Assembly (NCBI RefSeq): GCF_001949145.1 | Contig: NW_019091357.1 | Location: forward strand, 1,977,704-2,041,703 | Reading direction: 5' to 3' | From: Acanthaster planci | Taxonomy: Eukaryota | DNA length: 64,000 bases | Part shown: positions 52,737-64,000 of the stretch, piece by piece | How the letters are laid out: each line of letters starts with the position of its first letter | Numbering within the stretch: position 1 is the stretch's first letter | The notes under the pieces: generated by a model | Databases searched by the model: none | What the model saw: only the letters and a program-made list of their open reading frames with translations | What the model was told of the DNA's origin: nothing | Made by a program: the position numbers and the translations under genes

Positions 52737-52788
52737 CGTCTTGAGCAGAAGCACCCTCTCCTTGGTTTAAAAAGAGCCGAGTTGGTCA
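52737..52788 (+). repeat. Dispersed repeat fragment (possibly SINE-derived); second copy at ~57323-57375
   Basis: TCCGTCTTGAGCAGAAGCACCCTCTCCTTGGTTTAAAAAGAGCCGAGTTGGTC versus TCCGCCTCGAACAGAATCACCCCCTCATCGGTTGAAAAGAGCCGTGTTGGTC. Confidence 0.65.
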
Positions 52789-55700
52789 AGGGTGTTCATC
52801 TTGCTGGTAGCAATGTGCCAGTAATGCGCGTTTTTCATAGTCATTTGTTAACCAGTGAAGGAAGTTCTGACCAAAGGAGCGGCTGTCGCTGAAAAAATAG
52901 CACCCTCTCTTGGTCCAGCTCGGGACTCACAGTATTACGAATACATGGGTCCTCCAGTGTGAATCGGTGGTACCGTTACTCTTGTAAATCTAACTTGGTG
53001 TTAGACTGTGGAGTGCACATGGAAGATGTGTGATATTCTAAGTAAGGGTGAAGTTAGATGATTGTTTGAATATTAAATGGTGTGGCAAATCGTGAGTCGA
53101 CCCCCTTTGATGCACATGCTCATGTATTGCATGAAGACACACTGTGAATGTTCATAAACTAGATGTGAACATGTACATGTACCGGTCGGTCCAATGCACT
53201 TTGCCAGATTTTGCTTAATTCTGTACACAAATACATGTAATCCCAGAAAGTAGCGGTCCTGAAGTGTGACATTCGTGTATCCCTGTTACATCTGACCTTT
53301 GTTATTTGAGCTGGAACTATCAACGGAATTGATTTCAAACTATTACTATTTGTTTGGCAGGTAACTTGCATTAAACTCATCACAGGGACATGGAAAAAAA
53401 AAACGGACGCCTAATTTCTGGAATTACCCATGCATAAGTTTATGTACATGCACCGATAGTACAGGTATGGGCACTGCACACATTGGGGCTGTACATGCAC
53501 CAGTGCTGGTGGACCTCTAGTCATTGATGTCATGTATCATAGTCTTCATTGTTGACTTGTTTACCTCTCTGTGTTGAAGTTAAAGGCTTGTTGTCAAGGG
53601 GCACAACTACCATGTACACATGTATGTTGAGATCGAGGGCCAAGTTTTCAGCTACCATGTACTGGTAGCTGTAATCCATTGAAGGTTTAATACAGCTGAA
53701 CCAGTTCCTATTGAGAAGGTTCCTGTGGGGACATACATTTACATGTACATGTACTTGTAAATGTACAGTGTACCCTACAGTACACATGTATAATTGTAAT
53801 GTTGTTGGAGAGTACAGGCAAACTATGGTTGGTCTGATGTTCATGTAAGGTACTTCTGATCTTTGATCCTGCTAGGTGAACATCTCCTTTGTTGGTTTAG
53901 CAGATTGCATTGTTGGTTTCTAGTCTAGTCCCATGCCTTTGTTCTGTACATGTAGGCAGTTTTAGATCCTTGTGCTACATGTAAATGATTCACCTTGCAG
54001 AGCAAAACTGAAAATAGAGCGTGTGCGTTGCTGTCCGTAGTCCTTGTGCTTTGTTGCTTTAATGCAAGACCGTTGCTATTTTTCCCTGTACAAAGCCTGT
54101 TTTCTCCCCCACTAGTCCCATATTTCACGTCTCAAGGGAAAAGAAACCAGTCTTGAGTGCAAATTGGTAGACACTCGGCCACCATAAAGAGGGGTCGTTT
54201 GTGCAGGCACCTTACATGCATACATGTACATGTATGCATGTAGTATTCACCGCTCACCTCCAGAGGTAAAATGCCAGTTACATGTAGGTTTCACATAAAT
54301 GTCTTTACCAAATGTAATTGGATCTGTAACTAACAAGTAAAAGCTGTGCCCATGGCAACGCCTTCGTCCCCGAAGGGGTTTCGACAGTTGGCTTGGGATT
54401 ATTCTACTTCCACCTGCACGTTTCTTCTAATTCTAGTAAGAGGAAGTGGCTGAAATAAATTGATGAATTCCAGGCACGTAAAAAAAAAAAACATCGTGCC
54501 TTACCCTGAACCTTGTATGTACTGGTAATTTTCTCCACTTACATTGTAACCGAGTTGTGTTTATCATAGAAACCTGAAATACTTATTTCGGTATGTTACA
54601 GGAATTTCTGTTTCTTTACTTGTTCTGTAAATTTATTATAAAAGATTCAAAAAGTAAACTACATGTATATATGCACTGGTGCATGTACGAGGACAGTAAT
54701 AGTGTGCCCAGATGTGCATATAGTGAGCCTCCGTGTAAGTGAATTGGATTTTCAGTTTACAAGTATTTTTTTGCACATTACAAGGCAGACAAAGCAGAAA
54801 AAAATACTGTTTTTTGTCAAAAAACAAATGTTTTCTGTTAGTGACTGCATTTTGGGTGCTAAAATGACACGTAACGGTTTGGTTTTGAGCGACCCCCGTC
54901 TAACGCAGCTTACAAGCTGAATTCAGAAACTGAGAGTACGAGACCCAATGGCTTCACCTGCAGCCAAGAAAAAAGGAAGTTTATTTGCCATGTGCATCAT
55001 TTGTCAATTTCTTGAAGATAAGTTGTTTCACCCTGAGATTCTTGAGACAGCTTCATTTGAACAACAAAATTACATTTGCCTCGATAAATTTTTAACCAAT
55101 GTGATTTCAAATTAAAGATTAGAATACTACGTGTAAGATTCATTCCAGCAGGTCGGCTTGAGTACGTGTTTAATGTACATGTACCGGTGTGTGTTCAGAT
55201 GTGTGTACATGTACATGTACACATACAATGCCCATGTACAAATGTACATGTATGTCCATACTGTACATGGACCGTTACCAGTATACGTGTGCATTTTATG
55301 GGCATTCATGTACATGTACATGTACAACAAAATTATGTTTGTACATGTACATTGCATGTGTACTACCGGTACATGGAGGTTTAACATGATTCCAAAACCT
55401 GCTTCCTTGAAAACGAATGCACAACTGACACTACTATCGGTACCAATATCTGTACGGGTGTACGCGATGTACATGTACTCGTAGGTGGTACCGCACAGTG
55501 AATGTGTAGCGGTTCTTGCACCTGTACGAATACGTAAGCCTCATTAAGCAAACAAAGAGAATGTCAATGGTGTTTAATATTTGTGTGGTGCCCCGTTTGG
55601 CCAAACACTCAGGATTCCATTAGGGTCTATGCCTGGCGCGATACAGAAACTGAGAAGCCAACGTTATTGATCGGAGCACCTCTAGAGGCTGCTTTGCCAG

Positions 55701-58700
55701 ACAGAGAACCTGGGAAAAGAAGGAAACGATGGACTTGACGTTGTTAATGATGAGTTGGAGACGTCAGTGACAAACTGCTCTTGTTGTTGCTGCTGAGGCT
55801 ATTAGCCGTAGACAGGAAAACAAGACCATGACGGCGGTGTGCGGTAAACAGACTACCTGGTCTTAAAAGCATTGCCAGAGAAAGGAAAGTGTACCCTGCT
55901 GTGTGATTTACTTGGAGCATACATACAAACCAAAGTGTTTTTGGATCTGTACACAAAACTTGGAACTTAATGTTTTTAAAAGTTGGTGCTTGGCGTGTGT
56001 TCTTCATGGCGTGCTCACGGTCAAACCCCTTCCAATAATGTATTCCAAGTAAACCCTAATTCGTTACAACATTTAGGCCTCACTCAAACCGGCGCCGCGG
56101 TGTGATCATGAGTTTTGTGAAGTACTGTGTTGAAGTATTTGCCTTTTTGGTGCTGTTTTTTCCCACCGGAGGTTTGGAATTTCTGCTACATTTTTTTTTT
56201 TTTTTGGAGGCCCAATTGTTTCCCAGTTTTTACTGTTCGCCATGACACAGTCACTGTCAGAACAGCCAAGATCTTGTTTCTACCCTACATGTAACGGTAG
56301 TTTGAAGCTGGTGACCGACAGCAGGCTGCTGTGGGAGCATACACGTACAGAGTGCATGCTGGACGTCAACCGGTATGATGATGGCTTCTAAGGGTGGGAT
56401 GTTGACACGTTTTAACAAAAAAAAAGGCTTCAAATCCGTTTACAGATTTTCCCAAACTTTCAAATGGAACTGCCCCTTTTAGAAGTTTGATGTTTTTTAT
56501 TGATGGAATCTGGTGTTCATTTTGATTGTAAATGATGCCTGTGACATTTTTTTTTCCTTTCAGCATTCCTGGATTTTGGAGAAAAAGTGGATTCTAAAAC
56601 TTTGCTTGTTTTAAATGCCCCAGCATCAATGTATATTTTTACGTAGGTTGGGCCATGTGCATTGTGATTTGATATTATATTCTTGTCAATATTCTGATCA
56701 CGGTGCTACGCAGCCCTTCCATATTTCTCAGAAATTAATGGAGGGTTGTTTTGGTGGATTAGTTGACTACCAAACCATTCCCCAGTCACTTTGGTATATA
56801 CCGATATTAAAACAAAACCATTTGATCGTGAATGGCATGTAAGGAAATGAAATGAGATGAACAGTATTGTTCAGTGCACCTGGCACTTGACATACAAATG
56901 GCCTGCGAAATTGAATGTCTCTACCTTTATGACCCATTCCTTGTGTTAATGTTCAAGTTTTTTTTTTGGACATTGGATTGTGTTACAGGGTCTCTCTGGC
57001 TTTTACGTCTTGAATGTGTCGTCAACAGCCAGAGCAGTGATGTTGTATGTACCGCTACGTGTACATGGCAGAAACTGCAATTTTATTACTGAGATTCTGA
57101 GAATCCATTATCCTCTTCCTGGGCAATTACTTCAATATTGTCACAATACGTTTGTTTTCCAAGGCAGAGCCTTCCGGATTCTGCCCTCATGTCCGGTTGT
57201 GATGTGGTCCAAGTAAACCTGGCTGTCGGTAGCTTGAAGTGCAAATAATGTTCTGCTGATCTATTGCATTTCGGAGGGCATAGGAAGATATGGGGAAGAA
57301 TCCTGGTCAGGTTGGAGAGGGTGTCCGCCTCGAACAGAATCACCCCCTCATCGGTTGAAAAGAGCCGTGTTGGTCGGAGCTTTCATGTGGCCGTAGTGAT
57401 GCAACTGTGACGTGTGCATTTTGTAGTCGTTCGTGAACCAATGAAGTACAGTTCAATGCCAAAGGAGCCTCTGTTGCTTTGGAAAATACTGGTACCGTCC
57501 TCTCTTGGTTAAGCTCGCGGCCCATTGGGGTGGATAGCAGGGTTGTATTGGTAGCTACCAATGCTAGATGGCACTGGCTGCCACCGGTGTTAGCCAGCAT
57601 TCTAAATCTCTGGCCAGCATTTGGGCTAAAATTGAAGCCTGCCTGCCTGTGCTGGGTACCCTGGTACGGTACATATACCCACCCATCGATATATCAGGCC
57701 GGGTACTTACACACAATGCCATTTGTTAAGTGTTCTTTATATCCAAAGGGTATCGGGATACCTGGCATTGACATAAAATCGGTACCCGGTTCCAAAAATA
57801 CTTGTAAATGCACACCCCTTACCTGCCAGCCCACGGTACGAGAACATTTAGCTCCATTGTTATTTGCAATTGTGGCAGTGTAAAGTTTTGATGTTGAGAA
57901 AGGGCTTAAAAAACACTGAAATGTATGTAATTGGATACTCTTTGTTTATTTAAAATATTCACAAGTGTTCATGGACTCAGTTGGTCTGCACGCCTGCACA
58001 GTGCCTTCTTGCAGTTACGTTAACTACCGGGGTGCGGTACATTTACACTGGCTCAGCCATCCAGCCCCTGAAAACAGCTGGCATCCCATATTTCTCGTCC
58101 CTACAACCGTAGTGGCTAGATCTATACAGGTTCATGTACAGTTTGCAGGGGGAACATTAGCCAGTGATTACCTCCCGGTGAATGCACTTCTGTCAGTCGC
58201 CCCCTTCACCGAGGCGGGCCGTTGATGCAACTTGCGAACCCTTGGGATTAAACGTGGAGGCGGGCAGAGTATGAATAGGCGTATTTCACAGGAGAGGGGC
58301 TTTTGGCTGGATGTACGGTACTGCATGGCCACACACAGTACATGTACGCGTCTCTGTACCTCTTGTGTTGTATGGATTCAGAGCATTATAATGTGCATAT
58401 CGTTCAAGCTGCTCCAATATGGATAGCAGATCAATAGTTAAAATGTAGTGGGGACGCCATCAATTTATGATCACGTTGTTCATTGTACACTGTACATGGA
58501 TTTGCACAAAAGAGGCATTACGTGTATGCCACAATTATGTTAAAAAATTAATGCGCATGCACGCACAAGTACACGCATGGACAGGTATATGTAGAAAAAT
58601 AAAAGTTTAAGAATGGAGTAAATATGATTGATTTTGCCCAGTCGGGTGAATGCTCACTAGAAAGGGGAAATTAAAGTTAATTATTAATCCCAGCCCATTA

Positions 58701-60663
58701 ATCCCATTAATTCCTAAACCCTCTGGGCGGTTTGTGGAGGACATTAGGGGATTGAGCCTGAATGGCAAAAAAGATGTGGCCGATGGCAAAGGATGCATTA
58801 TGGTCTCAAGGTCTTGCGATAGACCTCGTGTCATTTAGGTGTACATGTACGTGTATATTCAGGCCTGGATTATACATGTATGGTACATAGTGGTACATGT
58901 ACAGTATCTTTGAAATCATCGGCACTGCTCTAGGATGTATCATGTGCCTGCCACAATGCAATGACAGGAATTGCCCTAGGATTTTTAAGGATTAAGGCAA
59001 CGTACATGTACGTCAGAGTTTCCCCTGGGTACTGATATGTTTTAGGTGGTCGAACAAATTTTGCCAAAATTCTAGCCCCTGAAACAAACGCAAGTATATT
59101 CAAAAAGGCCTGAAATAAATTCTGTATTGTCTAGTACTAGTACTGGTACAGTACTAACATAACAAAATTTTTAGGCAGGTCTTGTTTGAAATTTTGTTCA
59201 CGATGGCCCCTCAGAAAGTACACATACACTACGCTGTACCTGTGTGGTAGTGAGTGTTAGCCGTATGGCTTAGGCTTTGTGTTTGAATCTCGATTGTACG
59301 TGTGCATGGACATGTACATACCTTGATTTCCACAAAGGATCCAGACTTTCATATGTATGACCCCCACGTGCATGATCTATGACTCATTTTATGAGGGGGG
59401 AGACAGGATCGGAGATAATTGTTTCTCCTTATTTTACCTGACAGATTTAAAAGGAGAATCTTTCAGCTGTGAAATGAAGGAGACTGCTGCTGTCCACACC
59501 AGTTTCATTTACAGCTTACTCTCGCCAGTTGCTAGCCGCTTATGTGGTCTGGGAGATGCACGACAGATTTGATTACTTGGGCATTAGACTGTCTATCATA
59601 AATATGACCAGACTCAGCGTGTTTGTTAGCCTTGAAATAGGCGGCTTTCTCGGACCATCTCACATCTCGGGGTGGGGGAGGGGAATTCCCTAAGAACTGG
59701 GCTGTCCCACGCCCGATTTTTTGGGGCGCAGCTGTGAAGAATGAGTTTAGTCCAACATGTGTGTTGCTTGCACAGTTTTATTGTTAGTGTCAGTTGAAGC
59801 GTGGGGCCTCAAAGGTGTGTTGGCCCATGTGCATTGAGTATGCTAATGTGCAGTGTAGCTGAGGGGCCTTGAGATTATGAGAATACTGTATATGCACATG
59901 TACATTGTATAGTGTAGGTACATGTAGGTACATGTTCATGTACCTGCGTGCACTAGTCAGCCCCTGCAATTGAATCTCTAGAAGGCAGTAAATTTTGCTT
60001 TGGTGAACATACATGTACATCTATATAGCCCACCTCTTTATCTGCAACATTTTACAAACATGCACATGCACTATACATGTACTGGTAACCGATAGCTGTC
60101 ACACTGTCTTGATTCACGAGTCTTCCATTGTACCTAGCTGACTTTAATAATGTGAAGATGCACTGGTACACTTACATTGGTACCAGCATTTATAAGACGG
60201 TTTTTGTGTTTGTCAAAGCTCACAAGAAGCACCTTTAATTATGGCTGTTGTTCACATTTTCACACCCCTCGGGATCTGGCTATAAAAGTGTGGTAACTCC
60301 TTGAGAGAGTCCTGTTTCCTCTCAAGACCGGTGGAGGGTTTCAAATATCGTTGTTAATTACTTCTTTTGGTTGTGCCCCTACATGTAAAAATGCAGAGCC
60401 CCCCCACCAATTTCCCAAAGTGCTGTAACTGATACATTAGGTGTGTAGTGAAATTTCCACTTCAACATTTATCAGTGAGAAAGTTCATAATACATTCAAC
60501 TACCCATGTATTTAATTGAATATCTGAATTGAAAGCGCAAAGAATGCCCCATTTCTCGCCCTCCAAAGATCTTGTAAGATGAAGGGCAGCAGGGTGTGAT
60601 TAACCCAGGTCAGCAGCTTATCTTTGACTCGTTTCTATTTGCCTTCTGATTCCCCTCTTGCAG

Positions 60664-60807
60664 TCTTTGAAGTCCCCGTAGACTCGGGCCCTGTGCTGCC
60701 GCACACAGACATCCTCGGTATACTGAGGGACATCAGACGGTCGACCAAAGCAGAGAGAGGGGCTGACGGCAGTCTAGCAGACGACAAAAAATGCCTTTAC
60801 AGAAGAG
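60664..60807 (+). CDS. Probable second coding exon of the gene starting at ~44870 (VFEVPVDSGPVLPHTDILGILRDIRRSTKAERGADGSLADDKKCLYRR)
   Basis: Acceptor tcccctcttgcag and donor G|gtaaga. The 144-nt phase-1/phase-1 exon is open in the frame set by the 44999 donor and is GC-richer than the surrounding intron. Confidence 0.6.
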
Positions 60808-61199
60808 GTAAGACAGGTCTGTTCTCCCTGCACCTTACTGTAGACCTATTGGACAAAATCCCGTCCATCTCAGAAAGTAAGACCTGTTTGATACTGACCA
60901 GACTCAACAGCGGTGCATTTTATACACCAGCTGGAGATACAGCAGGAATTATCCGTTCTTGGACATTTTGTGGGTCAGGATTTCAGGTTGTTGTTTAGGT
61001 TTTTGCATTACACGATGACTGTGGAGAGAAAAGGTCTATCTCAAGCTGGTACCTGTATGGCTAATCAGGCTCAGTGTTGATCTCCACTTTCCTTGTCACA
61101 AAATAACCCAAAAAAGTTCTAGTCTGTCAGGATGGGATGCTATTTGATGGCTGGTTATTCCTTACATAATACAGGTGCCCAGTTACATTGTACATTTGC

Positions 61200-61342
61200 A
61201 CAAGTATCATCCTTGGTGCAAAGAGGCAATTTGGCATGAGGTGGATTGCCCAAGGACACAGCATAGGGCCAGCTGCTGGATTCGACCCCCCCACCACCTA
61301 ATCAGGAATCGCAAGCACAGACCACCAGGCCACTGTATTCAC
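61200..61342 (-). mobile_element. tRNA-derived SINE (5' part)
   Basis: On the minus strand: A-box-like TGGCCTGGTGG, B-box-like GGTCGAATCC, then the SINE-body motif TGTGTCCTTGGGCAA. Confidence 0.7.
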
Positions 61343-64000
61343 AAGGCCCCCTGCTCCTGCCACATTTAATCCACTCCAAGCAGGAACAAAAGAGGGCATG
61401 CTTTGAAATGAAATTGACCATCATTTGGTATGCACTCACCGCATAGGCATGCAAGTTTATGCGCATTTGACGCAGAGCACGCTCAGTACGTGCAACGAAA
61501 TTAGTCCTGCATATAGTATATGATCTTCTCGTGCACGCTGAACGCGTGCAAGGACCTGGTTGGAAAACTCGGTACCATCTGTCTTTCGTTTGCTGATGAG
61601 GGAGCACTTCAGCCTGGGGTGGATAGATTAATAGTAAAAACGAAACTTCAACCTTACAAAGTCCCGATTTTGAACAGCGTCATGCAGCAGTAAATGTACA
61701 TGTAGAACACGTGATAATGTGCGCTGATCAGTCTTTCACCCATTTTTGTAATTAGAAGACACAATTTAATTTCCAGCTGTGAAACACTGAACGAAGTGCC
61801 TTGGCAGGACCTACAATGTAATTTGCTTCCGTAGCTGTACCCAGCAAGAAATGAAACCGAGGGGTACCCCCCCAACATGTCCAATCCCCATACACATTCC
61901 AGACTGTTGTTACTTAACACATCCCCCCAAGATGTCTGAAAGGAATTCCCCAGATTCCTGCGAGACAATGACCAACACAAAGCAGGGGGGGTTCTCTCCG
62001 TCTCATACCTTGCTGCATACATGTATGTCCGTAGCTTAGACCCAAGCAGACTTGGAAGACTGTTTTTCCTGTAGTCTATTCATAGTGCATGTACACTGTA
62101 CATGTACCATTCACAACTCACATTTCACTATTGATTTTTTCTAGCTACGGTTATGCGTTAGTTTAAACTGCAACTGCCTTGCCGAGGTCAAGTCAGGCTA
62201 CCCACAGCTACGTTTCCTTGGCAATGCCTGTATTTTTTGTGGAAGAAAGCACTGGTACCAAAAGCTAGATCAACTCCCCAAAAGGGCTTCACTAAAGCAG
62301 GGCCAGACAGTGCCTTAACAATGGGATAAGTGGAGCACAATGGTCCAACCCATGGCCCATTCAGTCTGCCAGTGAAGCTTTCCAGGTTGAATTATGGTGT
62401 GTGGGGTTATGAAAGCACAAAGACCCCTCCCTTCAATGGCAGTTACCTACATTGTACCTTACATTACAGACATGTGCCAGCTTCCTCGAGTGGAATGTTA
62501 GGCCATACAGATTGATTTGGTGACAGCAGTGCTATTCAAAATCACTGCTCCCATGAACATGTGCAACCAGGTACCTGCTGGTACAAATGTACACTGCTTC
62601 ATGTTTTTGTGTTGGAGGCCTGTCTAGTGTACAGTGTACATGTACATTTATCCACACATGTACTCTACACTACTGTCGTACACATATGGCAGTACATGTA
62701 CATTTGAGCTTTTTTTCACATGTGCATTGTTCATGTGCCATATATTTGTATGGGCACATGCATGGTTTATCTACATACAGTGTGTACATGTACATAAATG
62801 TCTGTGAAACATTTGGGAATTGACGCATATTCAAGTGATACTGCTTGTCATGGCACCTGTTGTACTGGTACACCAGGCAGTCAGGATGTTCATCCGAGTT
62901 ACCGTTTACCTTTTCATTATTGTTCTCTATTTTTAAAATTTCGTTTCATTTTGTTTTATTTTTTTAAAATTGTGGGAAAGTACATGTACATGAATCGTAG
63001 AAAACGAATTGACTCATTCTGTTCACGACTGCATGTTTGTTTGCCGGGACGGGGGACGCGGATTGCGTGAGCCCAAGCGGAATGGGACAAGGGGGATATC
63101 ACATTTTGTGAGAGTGTTACGGGCCATCATGGGGAAAGTCTAGGCCTCTACATGTACGTCAGAAAGCCAGAGCGTGCATTATATGTACGTGACGTCCATA
63201 CAAGAGCTAGCCAGAACCTTATTATGTTGGCTTTCCCAAAGGTGTGAAAGTGAAACACAGCGAGGGCACCCATGATGTGCGTCTCCACGCAGGCTTATTT
63301 CCCCATGGTCTTTGCACACTTGTTTTTGTGTTGATGCATGACGTACGCTTGTGCGGCGTGGCCTGTTTGTGCCGAATTTTGTTGTCCCCCGGGTCAGTTC
63401 CACGGAGAGAAGGGCTGCAAGACTTCAAAGGATTTTTTTATGGACTTGGAGGAAATTTAAGTAGCTGTGTTTTGAAACATAAACTTTCTTTGTACTTTGT
63501 TTTCTTTTGCATGTTCGCATGAGGATTTCATACGATTAAATTGATGTAAAACTGTGTTTAAAACACATTAGATCACGGAACAAATGTTCAAAACGGGCAG
63601 AAATGTGACCCATTTACAACCAAGCTCATTTCTCTTCCTGTTACCCTCCTATGCCAATGATACATGTACTTTCGCACTCTTGGTACGACTGTGGACGGGC
63701 CGTGACGTGCCCTATACATTCACAGAGTTTGACCATCTCATTTGTACGCACTCACTGGCTGCGAATGTGTGCATGTCTAACATGACATGACGTCCTCTGA
63801 CGTCTCCTGCCCCTGAAGTGTTGACGTGCCCAGGCGGCGCGCTGAGGATACAAGTAAAATGAATGCCCAGGCATCTCGGCCCAAATGCTGCCTCCACAAA
63901 CGTCCACATGTAGTACGTGACGCCAATCGTCAGCGAACTTATTAAGAGATGTGCGCAGTCTGATGTCACTGACTCATGCAGAGTACTGGTACCGTATATC

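Noticed and set aside
55127..55484. Overlapping ORFs rich in MY/HV/CT dipeptides
   Set aside because: These are translation artefacts of TACATG low-complexity repeats.
56563..56642. Strong polypyrimidine acceptor suggesting an extra exon
   Set aside because: The 80-nt candidate would break the frame between the flanking phase-1 exons and has no coding signature.
61260..61342. tRNA gene
   Set aside because: The A/B boxes are degenerate, no cloverleaf is evident, and it continues into a SINE body motif.

Overview
Eukaryotic, intron-rich animal genomic DNA. It is AT-rich and strongly enriched in TACATGTA, which suggests a marine invertebrate such as a lophotrochozoan; the taxon is inferred, not proven. 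I reconstructed six complete spliced genes by hand with GT-AG introns and consistent phases: RNF144-type RBR E3 ligase (+), ribonucleotide reductase small subunit RRM2 (-), STPG1 (+), tektin-2 (+), DNAAF11/LRRC6 (-) and a divergent Mab-21/cGAS-fold protein (+). The 5' part of a seventh, unidentified gene with an N-terminal hydrophobic segment and a ~15.7 kb intron fills the last 19 kb. Repeats include nested hAT-like MITEs with 8-bp TSDs, hairpin MITEs and a tRNA-derived SINE. Main leads: (1) three contiguous motile-cilia genes with RFX X-box-like promoter motifs; (2) a catalytically degenerate Mab-21/cGAS-fold gene head-to-head with DNAAF11; (3) a candidate alternative first exon of RRM2; (4) a possible unannotated small spliced gene between RRM2 and STPG1. 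There is no evidence of prokaryotic systems or CRISPR arrays.
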